A program made the position numbers and the translations under genes. Shown piece after piece: positions 46,663 to 54,011 of a stretch of DNA of 64,000 bases. Origin of the DNA: a bacterium (lineage in GTDB: Bacteria; 4484-113; JAFGCY01); assembly GCA_020440645.1 (NCBI GenBank), contig JAGRNR010000007.1, positions 7,366 through 71,365 of the forward strand, in the 5' to 3' direction. The stretch's first letter is position 1. Each line of letters starts with the position of its first letter. Under the pieces are notes generated by a model. That model ran no database searches, had not been told where the DNA came from, and worked only from the letters and a program-made list of their open reading frames with translations.

Positions 46663-47811
46663 CTAGCCCTGGGTGCCGATGTTGTGCGGGTTCTCCGGCA
46701 CTTCGTCACCCTGGTGGTGCGGGTTGGGCATGCCGTGCGGGGTGTTGAATCCGCCACCGCTCATGTCCATCCCGCTGTGCGGGTCCGTCGGGTCGAAGTC
46801 ACCCGGGTCCGGCTCGCGGTTCTCCAGCATGGCGAGCTGCTGCTCACTCTCCCAGGCCTCACGCGGGCTGCCGTGCTGCTTGGCAGCGGCCAGTGCCGTG
46901 ATCGCTTCATCGTTCCTGCCGGCGGCCTTGAGGGCCATGCCGTAACTGTGCCAGCCCAGCCAGTAGTCCGGGTTCTCCGTCGTCGCGCGCTCGAGCTTGG
47001 CCAGCACCTGGCTGAAGTCAGCACCCTCGGCCGGCATCTGAGCCATCATTGCGCTGGCCTGGTTGACAAGTACATCCCAGTACAGCTCAGGGTGGCTCTC
47101 CGGCGTGGCGTTGTCAAGGAAGCGCTGGTACCAGGTCTCGGCCTTCTTCGCCTCACGGCCGGCAATCTCGCTGCCCGGTGCTTCCACGCGGCTGAGCTGC
47201 AGGTGCAGGTCGCCGACGGTTGCCATCACGGAGAAGTTCTCCGGCTCGGCCTGGCTGAATGCCTCAAACGAGGCCGCCGCTCCCAGCAGGTCGCCGTTCT
47301 GCATTGACAGCGCCGCCACGTCGGCGATCAGCTTGGCTTCGCGGCTGTCCGCGGGCTGCTTCATCCAGGCTGTGACGGCCGCCTGCGTATAGGGCGTGAC
47401 CTTGTCAGCTTCACTGATGCTGCTGTAGATCGTGTACAGCTCGTTCAGTGCCGCAGTGTCCAGTGGATCCTTGTCCAGCCGCGCCTTGTACTGCTCAACC
47501 ATCGAATTTACATCACCGCCCGCATTGCCATCCGCGCCGGGCAGGCTGTGCGGGTTGCCGCCGAGTGCCTGGTTCATGGCATCAGCACCCTGCTGGGGCT
47601 GGCGCTGCAGCATCACCATGCCACCGACAAGCGCCAGCACGATCACGATCGGCATCACGATGCGCAGCGGGTTGGCAGCCGGGGCGGACTGGCCACCCGG
47701 GCCGGCATTCATCACGGCACCGCACTGCTCGCAGAAGCGCGCAGCGGGCTGGTTGGCGGCCCGGCACACCGGGCAGCGGGACTGCTTTTCAGTTGAACTC
47801 TGCTTGGACAT
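46663..47811 (-). CDS. Zinc-ribbon / single TM / periplasmic TPR protein with His/Met-rich tail
   Basis: CPVCRAANQPAARFCEQCG zinc ribbon. TM IVMPIVIVLALVGGMVML. TPR-like helices. C-terminal DPHSGMDMSGGGFNTPHGMPNPHHQGDEVPENPHN. Confidence 0.75.
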   Translation of the reverse strand: MSKQSSTEKQSRCPVCRAANQPAARFCEQCGAVMNAGPGGQSAPAANPLRIVMPIVIVLALVGGMVMLQRQPQQGADAMNQALGGNPHSLPGADGNAGGDVNSMVEQYKARLDKDPLDTAALNELYTIYSSISEADKVTPYTQAAVTAWMKQPADSREAKLIADVAALSMQNGDLLGAAASFEAFSQAEPENFSVMATVGDLHLQLSRVEAPGSEIAGREAKKAETWYQRFLDNATPESHPELYWDVLVNQASAMMAQMPAEGADFSQVLAKLERATTENPDYWLGWHSYGMALKAAGRNDEAITALAAAKQHGSPREAWESEQQLAMLENREPDPGDFDPTDPHSGMDMSGGGFNTPHGMPNPHHQGDEVPENPHNIGTQG

Positions 47812-47842
47812 GGTTACTCTTGCCTCAGCTGAGGCAGATTAC

Positions 47843-47876
47843 AAATGAAACGGGCGCCCCATGGAGGGACGCCCGT
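47843..47876 (-). terminator. Terminator-like hairpin after the tetraheme cytochrome gene
   Basis: On the minus strand, a 7-bp GC stem (ACGGGCG...CGCCCGT) is followed by TTCATTT. Confidence 0.55.
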
Positions 47877-47911
47877 AGGATGGTCTGTCTGTATGCCCTG
47901 CGGGCATGCCC

Positions 47912-48421
47912 TTACTTCTTCGGCTTGGGCTTGTGGTCCGCCAGTGCCTTGACGGCATCGGCGTACTTGAACTCCTTGTAGTGCGGGGAGTCCTTGTTGT
48001 GGCAGGTCTTGCAGTTCGCCTCCGTGGGCTTGGTCATCGTGTTGCGCTTCTTCTCAACATCGTTGAGCGGGGCGGCAAGGTGGTCCTTGGCGGGGCCATG
48101 GCAGGCCTCGCACTGCACGTTGACGAGCTTGGGGGTCTTCTCGATGCTGACGAAGCCGCCGGGCTTGCCAAAGCCGGTCACATGGCAGGGGATGCAGCTG
48201 TCCTTCTTGTCCTTGCTGGCCTGCAGTGTGTCCCAGGTCTTGGCCATCGGCCACTTCTTCCATGCTGCGACCTGGTCCTTGTGGCACATGCCGCACTTCT
48301 TCTCGTTGTCACCGACATACTCGTTGGCATCGGCACCGCTTGCCTGCTCTGCGCTGAAGGCGCCCCAGGCGAACATCGCCACGATGAACACAGCGATTAC
48401 CCAGCCATACTTCCTGAACAT
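47912..48421 (-). CDS. Tetraheme c-type cytochrome with N-terminal hydrophobic segment (signal peptide or anchor)
   Basis: ORF to 48445. ATG 48421 is preferred (AAGGAGG SD 6 nt upstream). Four CxxCH: CGMCH, CIPCH, CEACH, CKTCH. Lys-rich tail HKPKPKK. Confidence 0.9.
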   Translation of the reverse strand: MFRKYGWVIAVFIVAMFAWGAFSAEQASGADANEYVGDNEKKCGMCHKDQVAAWKKWPMAKTWDTLQASKDKKDSCIPCHVTGFGKPGGFVSIEKTPKLVNVQCEACHGPAKDHLAAPLNDVEKKRNTMTKPTEANCKTCHNKDSPHYKEFKYADAVKALADHKPKPKK

Positions 48422-48526
48422 GCTACACCTCCTTGGTGCTTGCAACTCTCCTGGAATCCTTGGATTCCAGCCTCTTAGGCTCCATGAGATATTCGATATG
48501 TCTGCCTTACTTGATAATACCCCAGA

Positions 48527-50233
48527 TCAGAAGCTAATCCTGTAATTTACCGCAACTGAGACTGCATCTGATTCAAGGCCCGGGTAGTTGTCATACAGCC
48601 TGCGGTACCAGTCCAGGCGCAGGCCAAGCGGCCCAAGGCGCTTGAAGCGGACCTCAGCCCCGGCACTGGTCTGGGTATAGTTCTCTGCCCCGCTGCCGTC
48701 GCTCATGGCGAAGTTCAGCGAGTAGTCATGGTCCTCAAGCTGCTGCCCGTAGGTGGCGGCGTAGGTCTTGTCGTCGGTGCTGTACTCGTCGTCAACGCCC
48801 GGCATGTCGAGCTCGGAGCGGCTGTCACGCAGGGACAGGGCGAACTGGCTGCAGCTGTCGATGCGGTGCATCCAGACTCCCTCGGCATAGGTCAGGTTGG
48901 TCTGGCTGTCACGGCCACCATTGCGGGATTCCTGGCCGTACATGTTGAAGTCAACGGAGTTGTGATTGTCCACCGTCCAGGACAGGCCGTGGGTGCGGGA
49001 CAGCTGCTTGTCGAAGAACAGGCTGGTGCTGCCGACACTGACGAGCTCAGTGCCCGGGGTACTGCCCGACTCGTAGTCGATGTGCGTACGGAACTTCAGG
49101 CGGTCAGAGAGGTTCTGCTTCATGTCGAACCAGACCGTGTCGTACTCCGGTGCGAGGATCGTCACCGCGGGAGCGACCTGGGCCGGTGTCACCACGGAGG
49201 AGCCACGCAGCAGGTTGAACACCGAGCTGTCCTGCATGTCCAGCTTGGCGTAGTCAACCTGGCGCAGCTTGTAGCCGGCCTCGTAGCTGTTGCCACAGCC
49301 GGGGTACCATGCCGCCGAGAAGCCATACTCGCTGGAGCTCTGCACGTGGCTGCTGACGATGTTGTCATCGGCGGCCTCGCTGCTGCTGTACTCCGCATTG
49401 AAGGACCAGTCGCAGCTCGGGTCGTAGCGCATGCCCAGTGTCAGGTCCGCGCTGGAGAACTCCGGGTCGGGCTGGTCATCGTACTGGTACTGCTTGTAGT
49501 TGATCCGGCCGTAGGCCTTCAGCTCATCGCTCAGCCTGGCGTCCAGCTTGACGCGGGTATGGTCAATGCTGCCGGAGGCGCCGGGCAGGGTGGTGTCGAT
49601 CGTGGTGGCACGCTGGGTGACCTGGGCCATCGTGTCGATGCCGATGATGTCCAGGTTCCAGCGGTAGCCGAGGCGCTCCACCTTGAGGTCATGCAGCGGG
49701 CTGGCCGTGTCATGGTTGAGCTCGATGCGCTCGTAGTTGAGCGCCATGTTGTCAAGCTCACGGTGGTGGATCCGCAAGCCGTACTGGTCATGTGACCAGT
49801 CGTAGGGCACCAGTGCCGGCTCCGCACCGAATGCGTTCCAGGCGCGGCCGCTGATCAGGGTGCTGTCACCCTGCAGCACGAGCGGCCAGCTCGTCAGGCG
49901 GCCCCAGCCGCGTCCGCTGTCGCTGCTGACATCCTGCCAGCGGGCCTCGAAGCGGTTGAGCACGCAGCCCATGTCGACGCTGTTGTAGCGGCCGTTGGTG
50001 TACCAGTCCTCCGGGTAGAGCCCGTACTGGTTGAAGGAGTCCTCGTTGTCATTCACTTCCGTGCTGGTGCCGCCGATCTCGACGAAGTTGCCAAGACCGT
50101 CCTCGGCCCAGAACTCACAGCAGTCAGCGCAGCCGGCGTTGCAGCCGGTGCAGGCATCGCCCGCAAGGGCCACGCCGCTGAGCATGACAAGCATGGAGAA
50201 GACGAGGAGGGCAGTTAACATTCCGTTGCGCAT
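48527..50233 (-). CDS. Outer-membrane beta-barrel protein with N-terminal Cys cluster (candidate MtrB/PioB-like sheath)
   Basis: AGGAGG SD. Signal peptide MRNGMLTALLVFSMLVMLSGVALA, then GDACTGCNAGCADCCEFW. Alternating-residue strand patterns run throughout. C-terminus SVAVNYRISF. Starts 13 nt after the 12-heme gene. Confidence 0.7.
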   Translation of the reverse strand: MRNGMLTALLVFSMLVMLSGVALAGDACTGCNAGCADCCEFWAEDGLGNFVEIGGTSTEVNDNEDSFNQYGLYPEDWYTNGRYNSVDMGCVLNRFEARWQDVSSDSGRGWGRLTSWPLVLQGDSTLISGRAWNAFGAEPALVPYDWSHDQYGLRIHHRELDNMALNYERIELNHDTASPLHDLKVERLGYRWNLDIIGIDTMAQVTQRATTIDTTLPGASGSIDHTRVKLDARLSDELKAYGRINYKQYQYDDQPDPEFSSADLTLGMRYDPSCDWSFNAEYSSSEAADDNIVSSHVQSSSEYGFSAAWYPGCGNSYEAGYKLRQVDYAKLDMQDSSVFNLLRGSSVVTPAQVAPAVTILAPEYDTVWFDMKQNLSDRLKFRTHIDYESGSTPGTELVSVGSTSLFFDKQLSRTHGLSWTVDNHNSVDFNMYGQESRNGGRDSQTNLTYAEGVWMHRIDSCSQFALSLRDSRSELDMPGVDDEYSTDDKTYAATYGQQLEDHDYSLNFAMSDGSGAENYTQTSAGAEVRFKRLGPLGLRLDWYRRLYDNYPGLESDAVSVAVNYRISF

Positions 50234-50246
50234 CGCTTGCTACCTC

Positions 50247-51455
50247 CTAGTTCCCGAAGAAGAAGAAATCAGTGTTGGAACCGTGGTGGTCGGAATGGCA
50301 TCCCGAGGTCCAGCAGTTCTGTGCGGGGAAGTGGTTGGCACGGTCAGTATGGCATTCCATGCAGGTACCCCGTCCGGAGAAGTTCAGCAGGTCAGGGTTG
50401 CTGCTGCCGTGTGCACTGTGGCAGGTGAAGCAGCCGTTGCCCATTGCCGGATCGTATCCCGCGTGCTCGAAGATGAACGGGCCCTGCTTGTCAGCGTGGC
50501 ATTCGAAGCAGAGGTCGTCCTTCACCTGCTTGAGCATCTCGTGCCCCTCGCCGCCGTGCGGGTTGTGGCAATCAATGCACATCAGGCCCATTCTCGGGTC
50601 CTCGTTGTCAAGCGGATGGTGGCTGAACTTGGCGAAGTCCAGGCGGGTCGACTCGTGGCAGGTCAGGCACATTGAATTGGGGGTCTTGCGCAGGTTGTGC
50701 TTGTTGGTCTGCATGTGCGGGTCATGGCACTCGATGCAGGACATCCCTTCCTTCACATGGCGGGTGCCCTTGTAGTCCGGCACATAGGTGTCGGACTTGT
50801 GGCACTCAAGGCATGTGTCGTCAATTTCCTTGGAGCTGGCCATGCTGAACACACCGATTCCGGCGCGGCGGCCCCAGTGGTTGCTGCCCGGTCCATGGCA
50901 GCTTTCGCAGCCACGCTCGCTGATCGGGCGGGTACCGTGGTCGGTCAGGCTGTGCATGGACTTCTGCCATTCACGGCGATGGCCCTGGTGGCAGCTCAGG
51001 CAGGTCTCAGTACCGACGTACTGCGCGCCTTCCGTGGAGGCGGCAAAGCCGGGGTAGTCCTCCTGGCGGCTGGGGTTGAGGAAGGGATCGAGGTTGCTGC
51101 CGTGCATGTCGCTGTGGCAATTGCTCGTCCAGCAGGTAAGTGCAGGGTAGTGCTCGGACTTGTCCTGGTGGCAATTGAGGCAGAGTGAGCGGGTTTCACT
51201 TACGAGCCCGCCATGGCCCCCGACGCCAGTGGTCTGGTGGCACGTGTCGCACTTGCCCTCGAAGGCCGGCGCATGCGGGAAGCTGACTTCCTGAGCCGCG
51301 CTTCCATGACACATTGCACAGTCAACACTGCTGACATCCTCCGGAGCTTCCATTCCCTCAAGGGAATCAAAGAACTGCGCCTGTCCAACGTAAGTCCAGC
51401 CCAGCACTCCGACAGCTATCAGCACGATGGTCATCAATGACCTTCTCGCAGCCAT
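50247..51455 (-). CDS. Multiheme c-type cytochrome, 12 CxxCH + 2 CxxxxCH
   Basis: GGAGGA SD and an N-terminal hydrophobic segment. CxxCH motifs: CAMCH, CDTCH, CLNCH, CLSCH, CESCH, CLECH, CIECH, CLTCH, CIDCH, CFECH, CFTCH, CMECH. Also CWTSNCH (51114-51134) and CWTSGCH (50295-50315). Confidence 0.92.
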   Translation of the reverse strand: MAARRSLMTIVLIAVGVLGWTYVGQAQFFDSLEGMEAPEDVSSVDCAMCHGSAAQEVSFPHAPAFEGKCDTCHQTTGVGGHGGLVSETRSLCLNCHQDKSEHYPALTCWTSNCHSDMHGSNLDPFLNPSRQEDYPGFAASTEGAQYVGTETCLSCHQGHRREWQKSMHSLTDHGTRPISERGCESCHGPGSNHWGRRAGIGVFSMASSKEIDDTCLECHKSDTYVPDYKGTRHVKEGMSCIECHDPHMQTNKHNLRKTPNSMCLTCHESTRLDFAKFSHHPLDNEDPRMGLMCIDCHNPHGGEGHEMLKQVKDDLCFECHADKQGPFIFEHAGYDPAMGNGCFTCHSAHGSSNPDLLNFSGRGTCMECHTDRANHFPAQNCWTSGCHSDHHGSNTDFFFFGN

Positions 51456-51491
51456 GCTGATCCTCCAATATTCTCTCTTCCTCTACCCTGT

Positions 51492-51508
51492 GGAAAACAC
51501 TGTTTTCC
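51492..51508 (-). promoter_or_regulatory. Perfect 7-3-7 palindrome (candidate operator) upstream of the 12-heme cytochrome gene
   Basis: GGAAAAC-ACT-GTTTTCC lies 37-53 nt upstream of ATG 51455, just downstream of an AT-rich TATA-like stretch (51531-51545). Confidence 0.45.
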
Positions 51509-51611
51509 GGCACCAAGTTTAGCACAATCCTACTATATATCTATGATATCGGGCATCGGAATTGTGTCTTTAGTCAGACTTCATCAAGCCAGTTGGAAAG
51601 GGGATCCAGGC

Positions 51612-51641
51612 AAAAAAAAGGGCGCCCATTGCGGGCGCCCT
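51612..51641 (-). terminator. Strong rho-independent terminator after the 9-heme lipoprotein gene
   Basis: On the minus strand, the AGGGCGCCC-GCAAT-GGGCGCCCT hairpin is followed by T8. Confidence 0.85.
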
Positions 51642-51660
51642 CCTTGTTGGTGTACTGCTG

Positions 51661-53652
51661 TTACGGCAGAGCGTTGAGTTCGTTGACCTTGTTGATGGCG
51701 GACTGCAGCAGGCCGCGGGAGTACGCCGGGTTGTGGACACCCTTACTGTTGTCCTCGCGGACGTACTCATAGTTCCACCAGGCCTGGCGGTACTGGTCGC
51801 CGATCGGGTCATTGAGCGGCGGGCCGTCGGTGCTCGGCGGATCTGAGCTGGAGGGCTTGTTGTTCAGTTCGAACACACCGGCATCCTCAGTCTTCCACTC
51901 GGCGGGCCAGATTGTCTCAAACTCGAGCAGCATGGCCAGCGTACCGTTGATGAACTCCTCCTTGTAGGCTTCCATCTCCTCGCTGGTGGCGAAGGTGTGG
52001 CAGACGTTGCAGGATTCAATCTTCGGGGCGAAGCTGTGGCCGACGATGGCCGGGTTCTCGAAGTCCTCGAACTCCTTGGTGTACATGTGGCAGGTGATGC
52101 ACTTCTCCTCATTCCAGGAGTTGTGCGGGTGGGACTTGTCATACTCGTAGCCATCGAACTCCCAACCGCCGACACCGTAGATCATCGGAGCCTGGCTGTT
52201 GTGGTGGAATCCGCGGCCACCCTTGGCAACGGTGTTCTCCATGTCACCACGGTCACGACGGCCATTGTGGCAGGCAATGCAGGTGTTGGCCTTGCCGGCA
52301 TTCACTTCGGTGTCGTCGAAGGGGATGATCATCGTTGCGGTCGGGTCGACACGCAGCTGGTTCTCGAAACCGTTTCCGTGCGGGTCGTGGCAGGTGGCGC
52401 AGCTGACGTGCGTACCCATTTCAAGGTCCTCAGCCGGCGGGTCCTCGCCGTTGATCTGGATCCGGACGAACCATTCACCGTTGTGGCACTGCACGCAGCT
52501 GCCACCGGTGGCCTGGTGGGAATCCAGGGCAAAGGTGCCGTGGCCGGAGGTCTGCCACTCGTCGAACGTCGGGTGGTGCTCCTCAGTATGGCAACGGCCG
52601 CAGGAGTCGGTCGGGTCGAAGGATGCGGGCAGCGGACCGTTGGCCGGGTGGCCGGTACCGGAGCCGTGGCAGCTTTCGCACTGGACGTTGGCAAACTGCG
52701 GGGTCAGGTCGTAACTGATGTAACCGCCCTCGCCGTAACCGACGGTGTGGCACTCACGGCAGCTCTCGAGCCTGCCGCGGCCGATCTGCTGCATCATTTC
52801 CTCGATGTGGGCGTGACCGGTGGTCTCCCACTGGTCGTACACGTCAGAGTGGCAGTTGGAGCAACGCTCGGCACCACTGAAGTCGAAGGATGTCGGCATC
52901 GCGGCAAGGGTTACCGTGGCGGTCTGGGACGTGACTGCGCTCACCATTGACGTACCGGTCGCCTTGCCATCGTTGGCAATTGCGGTGATCGTATGGCTGC
53001 CGGCCTCGTCATATGACCATGTGGCCTTGGAAGTGCCGTTCTCGACGGTGATGTCGGAGAAGTTGTCCTGGCCGGTGTCATCCTGCCAGACGAAGCTGAG
53101 CGTGTCGCCATCGGAGTCGGATGCGGTCACCGAGAAGATGATCTTCTGTCCGGCGACCGGGGAGCTGACGTCCTTCTGGATGCCATTCTGGTCGAAGGCG
53201 GGGGGATCATTCGGTCCCGGGGGTTCCGGTGCCTGTGCCACCGTGGTGGAAGTGCTGGCAGTAGCTGACAGCAGTTCCGGGTCGTACGCGATCACTGAGA
53301 TCGTGTAGGTTCCGGCTTCCTCAGTGCTCCAGAAGACGGATGAGCCCGTGCCGTCGAAGGTACCGGCGGCGGCATTCCCGTCATCCCAGCTGAAGGTCAG
53401 TGCACTGCCTTCGGGATCACTGGCGGATACGGAGAACTGCACAACCTGCGATGTCTCAGGACTGAGGTTGTTGGCAGCGATCGTATTTCCGATGATCACC
53501 GGAGCCTTGTTCACGCCGCCTCCGTCATCAGGGTTTCCCCCGCCGCCGGAAAGCGAGCTGGCGCAGCTGCCAAGCGCGAGGAGGCTGGCAGCTGTGATTC
53601 CCAATGCCTGATGGAGAATTCCTCTCCCGGTTGAAACATTGCTAGTCATCAT
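51661..53652 (-). CDS. Nonaheme c-type cytochrome lipoprotein with two PKD/Ig-like domains
   Basis: ORF to 53700. ATG 53652 or 53649 is preferred (AAGGAGG SD). Lipobox-like LLALGSC. Repeats FSVSASDPEGSALTFSWDDG and FSVTASDSDGDTLSFVWQDD. Nine CxxCH: CSNCH, CRECH, CESCH, CGRCH, CVQCH, CATCH, CIACH, CITCH, CNVCH. Confidence 0.9.
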   Translation of the reverse strand: MMTSNVSTGRGILHQALGITAASLLALGSCASSLSGGGGNPDDGGGVNKAPVIIGNTIAANNLSPETSQVVQFSVSASDPEGSALTFSWDDGNAAAGTFDGTGSSVFWSTEEAGTYTISVIAYDPELLSATASTSTTVAQAPEPPGPNDPPAFDQNGIQKDVSSPVAGQKIIFSVTASDSDGDTLSFVWQDDTGQDNFSDITVENGTSKATWSYDEAGSHTITAIANDGKATGTSMVSAVTSQTATVTLAAMPTSFDFSGAERCSNCHSDVYDQWETTGHAHIEEMMQQIGRGRLESCRECHTVGYGEGGYISYDLTPQFANVQCESCHGSGTGHPANGPLPASFDPTDSCGRCHTEEHHPTFDEWQTSGHGTFALDSHQATGGSCVQCHNGEWFVRIQINGEDPPAEDLEMGTHVSCATCHDPHGNGFENQLRVDPTATMIIPFDDTEVNAGKANTCIACHNGRRDRGDMENTVAKGGRGFHHNSQAPMIYGVGGWEFDGYEYDKSHPHNSWNEEKCITCHMYTKEFEDFENPAIVGHSFAPKIESCNVCHTFATSEEMEAYKEEFINGTLAMLLEFETIWPAEWKTEDAGVFELNNKPSSSDPPSTDGPPLNDPIGDQYRQAWWNYEYVREDNSKGVHNPAYSRGLLQSAINKVNELNALP

Positions 53653-53704
53653 CGGCCTCCTTAGCCGAAAAGCCACCCAGGTCTCCAATGAGTGGGTCAT
53701 TTAT

Positions 53705-53720
53705 CGTGAACCATTTCACA
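53705..53720 (-). promoter_or_regulatory. CRP/FNR-family-like site upstream of the nonaheme cytochrome gene
   Basis: CGTGA-ACCATT-TCACA (compare TGTGA-N6-TCACA), about 55-70 nt upstream of the start codon. Confidence 0.45.
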
Positions 53721-53897
53721 GGTGACTTGTGCTGCTGGCCTTTCGGTCTGGACGCTGATCCTGATCCTCATCAAATGTTCAGATCCAAATCTTCGGATTA
53801 GTCCGAAGGCCAGTTCTGTATGTATATAGCAGAGAACTGAGGTTTTTTCAATAGGTGATATCTGAGATAGAGCTTGGAATAGATGAAATGTACCGAA

Positions 53898-53919
53898 ATT
53901 CGTGACCATTCTCACGAAT
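53898..53919 (-). promoter_or_regulatory. Perfect 8-6-8 palindrome with the same core (second CRP/FNR-like site)
   Basis: ATTCGTGA-CCATTC-TCACGAAT. An additional TCGTGAAT half-site lies at 53922-53930. Confidence 0.45.
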
Positions 53920-53937
53920 TAATCGTGAATCCAATCG

Positions 53938-53966
53938 AAAAAGGGCGAGTCACTAGGACCCGCCCT
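53938..53966 (-). terminator. Terminator after SLH porin 2
   Basis: On the minus strand, the AGGGCG-12 nt loop-CGCCCT hairpin is followed by TTTTT. Confidence 0.6.
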
Positions 53967-54011
53967 CATCTAATGTCACGTTCTGTTGCGTGAAGGATTT
54001 GCTCCCTATGG

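Noticed and set aside
47912-48421. Assigning the tetraheme cytochrome to the NapC/NirT/CymA quinol dehydrogenase family, which would complete an inner-membrane-to-surface chain.
   Set aside because: The length and N-terminal hydrophobic segment fit. However, AFSA/EQ looks like a cleavable signal site, and the spacing of the four CxxCH motifs does not match my memory of NapC/CymA. The family is left open.
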